Shown piece after piece: positions 1 to 12,000 of a stretch of 64,000 bases of DNA. How positions within the stretch are numbered: position 1 is the stretch's first letter; each line of letters opens with the position of its first letter. Source of the DNA: a virus; the IMG/VR virus record IMGVR_UViG_3300027833_000013, positions 96,001-160,000 of that record; one strand, given 5' to 3'. Made by a program: the position numbers and the translations under genes. The notes beneath the pieces were generated by a model. The model was not told the origin of the DNA and made no database searches. It worked only from the letters and a program-made list of their open reading frames with translations.

Positions 1-3000
1 TATTATTGAATTCAATGCAGGACTAAAATTATTTGAATTTGGTACAGAAGCCAAAACAGAAAATGTAGATTTAATTGATACTTTTACTACTGATGTATTT
101 TCTACAATCAACGGCAAAGAAGGTTATAGCATTGACGGCGTTGATATTACTGACGGTATGCGCATATTGTTTACAGCGGATACCGACCTGCTTGTAAAAG
201 ATAAGATATACAAAGTTAAATTTATTAAACATAATTCAACAGTAGCGCAAATAGCGTTAATAGAAGAATCGGATACTCTTCCTATTGCTAATCAAGTTGC
301 ACTAATAATTGCTGGTACTAATGCCGGTAAACAATATTATTATAACGGCTATGCTTGGAAATTAGCACAATATAAGTCTACTGCAAATCAACCCCCGTTA
401 TTTGAGATATTTGATGATTTAGGATATAGTTATACTGATTCATCAACGTATCCAGTAAGTGATTTTATAGGTAATAAACTGTTTAGTTATAAAGTAGGAA
501 CTGGAAAGGCTGATATCGAATTAGGTTTTCCTATTACATATAAGTCACTTGAAAATGTAGGCGATATAACGTTTGATTTTAATTTAGTAACAGATTCATT
601 TAATTATCAAATTAATAATACTCCGTTATCTAAAAACACAGACGTTGGATTCTGTAAAGTATATACTGACATTACTAGTTTTGAATATTGCAATGGATGG
701 GCAACGACAAAAACTAACACAGTTCAAAAAGTTATTAGGCAATATGATGTTGCTACTGCACAGGCAGATTTTGCAATCGATGTTTATGACAAAAGCGGTA
801 CACTAACTGACTTAACAGTTGCCGTACAAGTAAACAGTGCTTGGAGATTTGACTATACGCTTGTAACTGTAGACAATGTAAAAACTGTTAGATTTGCAAT
901 AGCAATACCTGCAAACAGTAGTGTTGTAATTAAAACTAATAGCAACACTATTAAAAATGCTAACGGCTATTATGAATTTCCGCATGCAATGGAAAAGAAT
1001 CCACAGAATGAAAATCTTAGTTCCTTTACACTCGGCGAAGTAAACGATCATGTATTTTCAATGCTTGAAGACTTGCCGGGATTTGCAGGAACATTTCCTG
1101 GACCGAGCAACCTTGGCAATTTAGGAAACATAAATCCGTATGGTAAAAAGTTTCTACAGTATGCCGGATCTGCCAACATATCTGCTTATCACATTACAGA
1201 CAAAGATGCAAACATAATCAAAGCAATTGATCATGCAAGGCGCGAATATAGAAAGTTTAAAAGATCATTTATGCAAGTAGCAGAAACTCTTGGATATGAT
1301 GGCCCGACTAAACAACACGTTGATTTAGTATTAAAAGAAGTTAATAAAGATAAAACAAAAACAGACTCGTATCACTTTAGTGACATGGTACCATATGAAG
1401 GTGCAAAGCGTTTAGAATTCACAGTTTATGATACAGAAAATACTTTCTTTTCACTAAGTGAAAAATTTAGTTTAGATACGTTATCATCTAAAGCATTATT
1501 GGTATATCAAAATGGTACACAGTTAATTCATAATAAAGATTACACATTCAATTTAGATGGATTTGTTGTAATTACTGCAACTAAAGCAAAAGACGATTTA
1601 ATAGAAATATATGAATTTGGCAACACAGACGGCTGCTACGTACCTTCGACTCCTAGTAAGTTGGGATTATTTCCAACGTTTTATCCTACATTAATTTCTG
1701 ATAGTACGTATCAAACAGCTACTAATATAATACAAGGGCATGACGGTAGTAAAACTGTTGCATACAACGATTACAGAGACGATTTGTTATTGGACCTTGA
1801 AAAGAGAATATTTAACAATATTAAAGCAAAGTATGATACTACTAGATTAGATATTAACGACTTTGTACCAGGAAACGATAGAAATACTAAATTTACTAGT
1901 GTACAAGTTAATAATGGAATGATGTTTGACTTTGTGCAATGGACTGAAAGTTTAGGTAATATTGATTATTCTAGTAGTAGTGATTTTTACAGTAGAGATA
2001 ATAGCTTTACTTGGAACTATTCTCAAATGGCATCTTGGGACGGCACGTCTCTAAGAGGATTTTGGAGAGCAGTTTATAAAAGTGCTTATGACACAGATCG
2101 TCCTCATACACACCCTTGGGAAATGCTAGGATTTAGTATTATGCCCACATGGTGGGAAGCACAATATGGACCAGCACCGTATACAAGTGATAACTTAGTA
2201 TTATGGGAAGATTTACAAGAAGGTAGAGTAAATGTTCCAGGTGCATCTATAAAAATTATTAACAAATATAAAAGAAGTAACTTATTAAAGCATATTCCTG
2301 TTAACAACAGTGGTCAACTGTTAAGTCCACAAGACTCGGGATACACATCAGGAGTTGTATCAAACATAGATGCATCGTTTACATTTGGTGACGAAGCACC
2401 GGCTGAAACTGCTTGGAGACGTAGTGGCGAATATCCGTTTAGTTTAATTAAGTCTTGGGTGTTAAATCAACCTAATAAAGTAATTGGTTTAGGGTTTGAT
2501 ACGTCAAGAATGAAAAAATCTATTGCAGGACAATGGATATACACAAACTCGGGTAAAGCTATATCTCCAAAAGATATATTATATCCTAATACAATAACAG
2601 ACTCTAACGAAGTACTTACAAGTGGATTAGTTAACTATGTTATTGATTATTTAACTTCGGAAGCAACATCTGACGTTGCAACATATAAGTCAAAATTTAG
2701 TTTAATTAAAAATCAATTAGGTATTAAACTAGGGTCGTTTACTGACAATGAAAAACTAAGATTTATATTAGATAGCAGAACTCCGTTTAACAAAGGTAAT
2801 GTATTTCTTCCTAAAGAAAATTATAATATTTTCCTTAATAAAAGCTCACCGCTAACTGTTGCATCTTATAGTGGCGTAATGGTCGAAAAAGCACCTAAAG
2901 GATTTATTGTCCGTGGGTATGATAGTACTAACCCTATATTTAAATACACTATACCAAAAACGTCTGCTACTGATCCGACAATTACTGTTGGTGGTATATC

Positions 3001-6000
3001 AGAAGCATTTCTTGATTGGGATGCAGGAAAGAGATACTTAACAGGTTCCAATATAAAGCACAATAATGTATTTTATAGAGTAATAGATACTCATACTAGT
3101 GGCAACACATTTGACACTGAATACTTTCAAAAAATAGCACAACTTCCATTGACAGGCGGAGTAACAGCGTTATATAGGCGCACATTTGAAAATACTGATA
3201 CAACAGTACCATACGGCACAATACTAGATACTGTACAAGATGTAGTTGACTTTTTACTTGGATACGAAAATTATTTAACATCACAAGGTTTTGCGTTTGA
3301 TTATTATAATACAGAGCAACAGGTTGTAGAAGATTGGAAATTAAGTACAAAAGAATTTATGTATTTTACAACACAGAATTGGTCAGCTGGCACTGTAATA
3401 TCTCTAAGTCCGGCAGCAACACGATTGCGCTTTAAATCAAATTATGCAGTTGTAGACGACTTATACGATAGCTTCTATAACTATAGCATATTAAATGCAA
3501 ATGGTCAAAAGGTACCTGAAACTGTTACTAGATTAAACAGAGAAGATGGTGTATTCCAGATGCAGTTAAGAGATTCTGTAGACGGAATATACCATGCTGT
3601 ACTACCGCAAGTGCAATTTGAACACGTTGCTGTCTTAGATAACGTATCAGATTTTAAAGACGTAATTTATAGTCCTGCTACGGGATATCGACAAGAGCGT
3701 ATTAAGGTATTAGGATATGTTGCTTCGGGTTGGAACGGAAGTTTAAACATTCCAGGCTTTGTATTTGATAACGCAGAAGTTACTGAATGGGAATCATGGA
3801 CTGATTATGCAATAAGCAGTGTTGTAAAATATAAAGAATTTTATTATAGTGCAAGAGTTGATATTACTGGCAATGAAGCATTTGATTCTGCAGTTTGGGT
3901 TCGTTTAGATAAACGCCCAGAATCAAAATTAATGCCAAACTTTGATTATAAAATTAATCAATTTGCAGACTTTTATGATCTTGATTCAGACAATTTTGAT
4001 TCCGAACAGCAGAAAATGGCACAGCATCTAATAGGTTATCAAAAGCGTCAGTATTTAGAAAATATTATTAACGATGACGTTAGTCAGTATAAATTCTATC
4101 AAGGAATGATTGCTGACAAGGGCACACGTAATAGTATTGATAAATTATTTGATAGTTTAGCAAGTGCTGACAAAGACAGTGTTGACTTTTATGAAGAATG
4201 GGCAATTAAGTCAGCACAGTACGGAGCAAGTACAGGGTTTGAAGAAATTGAATATCAGTTAGATGAATCTAAGTTTAAATTAGAACCACAACCTATTGAG
4301 TTGGTTGATGTAGTACCAACAGCAACAACTGATTTGACTTATAGAATACCACATCATGACGTGTTCTTAAAACCAACAAATTACGAAACAACTAGACTAC
4401 CGACAAAATTTTTAGATACTGAATATGTAAAAACAGTTGGATACGTTACCGGAGATGATGTTAATAGAGCAGTAAATAGCCCTGCAGGCATATTAGCTTT
4501 CAACCCAGCAGAACTTGATAAAGGCGCATATGTTTGGGTATCGAGTAATAGCCAGTCTTGGGACGTACTAAAACATGTAAACAGTGACATTATAATTAAT
4601 ACTGTTTCAGTAGACGGTCCGACAGTATCACTATCATGTGATAAGACAGTGGCTCTTGAAGTTGGTGATATTATTGGCCTTTACAATGTTGATCAAATTG
4701 TCGGAACTGATTCAGCACCAACAGTTACTGAAGCGTTTTACACTGTTTCAGATGTTTACAATAATACAATTGAAATTACTTCAGATAATGCTGATTGGCA
4801 AAAAGTTGAAACACTAACTAACATCAACGGAATAATTACAAAATTTATATCTCAGCGTGTTGCTACATTAGCAACAGCAAATGATTTAAGTACTACTAAT
4901 TTAAAGTCTTTAGAGGTTATATGGGTAGACGATGACGATACTGGCAAGTGGAGAGTAATTAAAAATTCTCCAGTATATTCACAAGCACAGACACTTAAAA
5001 GTTCTTTGTCATTAGACAGTACTCAGCATAACTTTGGACATAGTATTGCTGTAAACAAATCTAATACGTTGTTAGCAGTTGGTATTCCTGATAAAGGCAA
5101 TGGCGAAGTACATGTGTTTAAGCGCAGTAGTGATGCAAACAATTTAGTATTTGATCAAACTATTACAGCACCAACGTCATACGTTGATACATATGACGGT
5201 AGTACTGAAGTTACATCTCAGAAGTTCGGCGAGAGTGTTTCATTTAGTCCAGATGGCAAATATTTAATTATTGGTTCTCCGCATGCAAGTAACGTAAAAA
5301 CTGCATACAAAGGCGACTACGTTCCCGGAAGTGACTATAACAAAAATGAAATTATTAAGTTTGGACCCAACTTGTTTAAAGCAGTTGCGGTAATTGACGG
5401 AGCAGTTGATTCTATTCCATATACAACATTTGATTCGTATCCGAATTTAGTGTCAGAGACTGATAGTACTACACTTAACTTATTACAAACAGGCAACTAT
5501 AAACTTAATAGCAAGCCTAATACTACACATATACTAGTTAGAGCACCTAAGGAAGCATACGAAGGTTCAAAAACTGGCGACAATATTGTATTAAAGTGGA
5601 ACAACTACAGTAACATAAACACACAAGGATGCAATGTATCAGTTGAGCCGTTTGATGGACAGTTCCCTGAAATTACAGGCGCATTATTGTCTGACATTCA
5701 TCCTATTGTAGCAAAAGTAGAAAACGTATTATATATTGCAAACTTTCAAAACTTACCAGGCATAGGACAAACAGTAAACAGTGCAGTTGCAAGTGGGACA
5801 GTTTCTTATGTAGGTGACAGTGACGGCGCTGCCGTTGTATATGTTTCTGACGTTAATGGTACATTTGCAGAAACAGGACAAATAGCAATTGGTAATATTG
5901 CAATTGGAGATTATACAGAAGATTATCAAAATCCGACAGCAGAAGTTGGCGGATATTGGATGATAACTACCCCTGCATACGAAACAGCGGCAGATAGTTC

Positions 6001-9000
6001 AAATGTATTTACTGATCCAGGACACGGATTAATATATCAAGACATTATTAAGCAAGACTCTGCTAGAACACCTAACTATTATTACAATATACAAGACACT
6101 ATTCAAGCTATTGGGGCAAAGGTATCTGCAAATGATCAGGCTTCGTTTATTGAAAGCTTCACATATGAAGGTGACCCAAATGAAGTATTTGCTGTACAGG
6201 AATCTAACAAATGGGCAATACGTGTTCCTAAAGCATTTTCAGATACTAAAACAGCCGGCGATCAATTTTATCTTTTCTTAGATGATCAGAGTGGAATAGT
6301 TGATTTAGCAGGTACTGCATTTACTTTTGATATTACAAACAAGCAACATACTATTAATGAAGTGCTTGACGGCTACATTGATTTTGTGTTTGACAACTTT
6401 AGTACAGTAACACAGTTACCGTTTGAACCTGCAATAGGCGACATAGTACGTGATGCATCCAGCGGTGCAACGGCTGAAGTAGCATTTTACAAAAGACAAT
6501 TTAATGACATACGAATTTATGTTAAAAATGTTACAGGTGCCTGGAGCTTAGGCGACACTTACGGACAAACAGCAGACATTATTAGAAATGGCACGCCAAA
6601 CAGAACAATGGGCGAAATCAAAGCAGTATCACTTGGCTCTTCAGAAGTTGGCAAGATTTTTGTTATTGAAGAAACTAGTAATTTTGCAAGTGTTGCAACT
6701 ACACAACTACTTGATAAAGAATACTGGATTTACGATGAAATTATATTACAGGGTATTGCAAGAAGTGCAAACGTACCGTCAAGTAATAACAATGATTGGA
6801 AACAAGTTAACAACATTCTTGCAAGTAATTCATCAAATGCATCTGCAAGCGGACTACTACAAGAAGGTATGATATCTGTTTATACATTAAATGAAATAGC
6901 ACAATTTGATTATGATAGTTCGTATGTAATACCAGAAAGACAAAATTATAAAAGATTTGGCGACGAAATACAAATAACACAAACTGGTACTGGAGTAAAG
7001 GCATTATACAGAGTTGCAGTAGCTTCCGGCGGAAACGCTACAGAATCTAACCCGGGTAGCATACATTTTATTAAACACGGATCGTCTAATACTGTAGGAA
7101 ATACATACGAAACATACCAATGGCAGTTAGACATTAATCCTTTGTTTAAAGGACAATTTACTTCAACAGTGTTTTACAAAGTAAATGAAATTGTTAATTA
7201 TAACGGCATTTTATATAGTGCAAAAATTAACATTGCAAGCGGATCGGCATTTGTGCCAAGTAGTTGGACAGAACTATCTAACACAACTACGCATGTTGGA
7301 TATATTCCTAGTACTCCGGAACAGCTATTGATAGGCGAAGACATTTACTCACCAGAGGGCGGAATTAGAGACTTTGCTCAAAAGTTTGATCAAGACGACG
7401 CAGGCGAAGTATTAATTACAAGTACTAAAATACAAGGTAATGATAGTACAGGCGAAAGAGCAGTTAATGTATATAGACAAGTTAATGGACAATTTACTAT
7501 ATCACAAACAATTACATCACCGTATATTGACGTAAGTACAGATACTCTTACAGGATATGCTGATGCAATAGCAATTAGTGCAGATGGTACTATGATTGCA
7601 ATAGGCGAACCGTATAACAATTCAATTGAAATTCAGCAAGGTAAAGTGTATCTTTATAAATTAACTAACGGTACATTTACATTATCACAGACATTGTTCA
7701 GTCACAATAATGAAGTAGCAGAACAATTTGGCAGTGCTGTTGGATTTGATGGCAATCAGTTAGCAGTAACATCGTTACAAGGCGACATTGAGATAGCTAC
7801 AACATACGATGCCGATACAACATACTTTGATAATAAGTTTACTAACTTTAAGAAAGTAAACATGGATAGCGGAGTTATTTACATATATGAAAGAATTAAC
7901 AATACTCTAGTATATGCAGAACAATTTATATTTGATGATTATGATTCAATGTTGTTTGGTAAAAATTTATTAGTAAGTAATAACCATGTGTATGCAAGTA
8001 TGCCTAGAATGACAGACTATACTACATATCAAGGTATGGTTGTTGATTATAGAAAAGTATTGGGTAAAACAGCATGGGTTACACACAGAAGCCCATTAGA
8101 TCAAGTTGACTTAACTAATATAAAAAGTGCATTCCTGTATAACACTAAAACTAATACATTAATTTCAGATATTGATATTATTGATCCAGTACAAGGAAAA
8201 ATTCCAGGCACAGCAGAACAAGAATTAAGCTTCAAAACATATTACGATCCGGCATCTTACAATGTAGGAGATGCTAGTGTTGTAGTAGATAAATTAGCAA
8301 GTTGGACCAACAATACAGTAGGCAAATTATGGTGGGATTTAAGTGCAGTTAAGTACTACAACTACTACCAAAATGATATTACATACCAGACTAACTTTTG
8401 GGCAGAAGTATTTCCAGGCACATCTATTGATGTGTATGAGTGGGTAGAATCAAATATTATTCCAAGTGAATGGGATTCGATAGCAGATACAGAACAAGGC
8501 ATTGCATCTGGTATAAGTGGATTAAGCAAGTACGGCGATACGATATACAGTCAAGCACTAGTATGGGACAACATTGCCGCAACGTCAACAGTAAAATACT
8601 TCTTCTGGGTGCTAAACAAGCGTACAATTCCAAATGTAGATTTTAGATTATTATCAGCACAACAAGTACAGACGCTTATTAAAGACCCTGCAGGTTCGGG
8701 ATATAAATTTGCCGCACTTATGTCTAAAGATAGATTTGCGTTGTTTAACGTATCTAATTTAATTAATAATAAAGATGTTGCACTTAATATACGTTATTGG
8801 ACTACAGAAAATAAAAATCAAAACGTACATAATGAATATCAATTAATATCACAGGGTGTTGCAAATAGCAAACCTAATAAAGATATTGAACGCAAATGGT
8901 TTGATAGTTTAATTGGGTATGATATTAAAGATAGACTAGTTCCAGATCCTTCTTTAAGTGTTAAAACAAAATATGGAATTCAAGACAGGCCAAGACAGGG

Positions 9001-12000
9001 TATATTTGTAAACCGTGAAGAAGCCCTAAAGCAAGTGGTTGAAAGAGTTAACGATACTTTGAAAAAACATATTATTGTTGATGAATTTGATATTAGTAAT
9101 TTAGTTAAGAGTGATCCAGCACCTGCCAATAGTACATTATTGTTTGATGCAGTAATTGAAACATTTGAAGATTTACAGTTCTTGGGAATAGCAAACAAAA
9201 CAATACCGACATTAACACCTACTATTACTGATGGAGAAGTTGTACAAGTATTAATTACTGCAACTGGTAGAGGATACATTGATCCTTCATATGTTAGCGG
9301 GACTAGAAAAGGTCCAAAAATTACTGTTAACGGTATTGGCACAGGAGCAGAAGTTGAATGTACATTAAATGAACTAGGACAGATTGCTACTGTTAATATT
9401 ATTAACGCAGGTGAAGGGTACGATGAAAATACAACACTAACTGTAAGAAATTTTGCCGCTTTAGTTACAACAGATTCAAATGTTTCAAATAAGTGGAGCA
9501 TATACGATTTAGTTGATAATAAGTGGGTAAGACGTGTAAGTCAGCGTTATGATACAAACTTATACTGGAAATATGCAGACTGGTATGCACCAGGGTATAA
9601 TAACTTTACGGCAGTGGTTGATTTAATCTCAGCAAGTTATTTGTTAGATAGTTTAGTTGATAACGACATTGGTGACACAGTAAAAATTGAGAACGTCGGA
9701 TCCGGCGGTTGGCTATTACTTGAAAAAATTGATAACCAGATTAATGTTGATTACACTGTGAACTATAAGACAGTTGGCAAACAAAATGCAACTATACAAT
9801 TTATTGATACGTTATATAATGTTAGTAAAAGTAAAATAGGATTTGATAGTAATAACTATGATACTGTGTTCTTTGATGCACAGCCTGTTACTGAAACTAG
9901 AATAATACTTGAAACAATTAGAGATAATTTGTTTGTTGATAATTTAGAAGCAGAGTATAATACATTATTCTTGGCTAGTGTCAGATATGCATTCAGTGAA
10001 CAACCAAATATTGACTGGGCGTTTAAAACTAGCTTTGTAAAAGCACAACATAACTTAGGTGATCTTGCACAAAAAGTTACATTTAAAAATGATAACTTAG
10101 AAAGCTATCAAACTTATATAAACGAAGTCAAGCCATATAAAACTAAGGTTAGAGAATACGTAAGTTCGTTTACTAATACAGACCTTACTAGTACTACAAC
10201 TGCTGACTTTGATTTATCACCCAAGTATGATGTTGCAGAAGGCAAGATAACAGCGTCTAATGCAAAAGTATCAAGCACTAATGTTTATGGTGAAAGAGAT
10301 GTATCTTCATATCCAGACAAACATTGGTTTGATAATGTTGGTTACAAAATTACAAGTGTTGATATTGGTAATAAAGGAACTGCATATACATTGCCCCCAG
10401 TAGTTAAGTTTGAAGGCGGCGGCGGCACAGGTGCTACTGCAAAGGCGTTCTTAAATAATGGTAAGTTAAGTGAAATAAAAATATTAACACAAGGTAGTGG
10501 ATATATTAGCGCACCAACAGTAGTACTTGACGGTGGCCTGAGTGATACAGGAACAATTGGCAGGGCAACTGCAATACTAGGCAATGGCGTAGTTAGAGGT
10601 ACTAAAGTTTCGTTTAAATTTGATAGAGTAAGCGGAGTACCTTATATTACTACACTAGCTACAACAGAAACTTTTAATGGAACTGGTAGTAAATTTAACT
10701 TTGATCTTAAATGGCCAATGGATAGAAAAATAACAAACACAATCGTTGTTGTTTCTAATATTGAACTATTGAGAAGTGAATACACATTTACTAATATTAA
10801 AGATACTACTAAGGGGTATGATAGAAATATAGGAAGAATATCATTTACTACTCCTCCTAAATTAGGAACAGCAATATCTATTACCTATACTAAAGACACG
10901 AATTTACTAGATGCACAGGATAGGATATCTTTATTATACAATCCGACTACTGGTATGGTAGGACAAGACATTTCACAATTAATGGACGGGATTGATTATG
11001 GCGGTGTTGAGATCAAGAGCTTTGGTTTTGAAGGCAGTGCAGGCTTTGATACTGATCCGTTCTTTACACAAACCTTTGATACTTATGATAATACGTATGA
11101 GGATTTAGTCTTTCAACTAGATGGTTCAACTGCTACACTAATATGGACAACTCCATTAGAAGACGGAGTAATATATAACGTTTATAAAAACAATGTGCGC
11201 ATTGATGATCAGTATTATAACGATTCAAGCGAAGCAACTAATCCAAATGCTAAAATGCTTAGTATTGTCGGTGACGGCACTCAAGTAGAATTAAATATAC
11301 AAGATGCAGGAATAACTGGTGTAGACACTGACACGTTTATTATTAGAAAAACTACTAGTGACGGTAGCTTTAAACCTGACACAACTTCTTATGATACACT
11401 ACTCGATGGCGGCACTACATTATACGATACTGCTAGGGGCATTGACGCCGCAGAAATAGTAGTTGATGGTGACGGATTTGTTACACAAACAACTAATAAA
11501 GGTCCTGAAGAATTAGTACCTGGACAAGTATTAGATACATTAGATCTAAAAGTTGTACATAGGCCAGTTGAAGGCGGCAGTACAATTTATAGTGATGTAT
11601 ATTGGACAGACGGCACTACTGCTACATTTAACTTAGGCGGCCATCCAAATTCAGCAGATGCTGTTTTTGTAAGAATTGACAATGTTAAAGTTGCATCAAC
11701 ACAATACACAGTAGATTATGTAACTAATACAATTACATTTACAACACCTCCAGCTACAAGAAAATTGTTAAACACCATTGTATTAGGGTCTGCAGGCCAA
11801 AAGATATTAGATATTAATACATTTACTGGAGACGGAAGTACAATAGAGTTTATTACTAATGTAGAATGGCAAACAGGAATGACAAACTTTGTTAATATTA
11901 ACGGAGTATCGCAAGAAGTTACTGTTTTCTCAGCAGAAAGTAGTTATGGTGTTGACGAAGGTTACGCAGGACTAAGATTTACAACTGCACCTGCACTTGA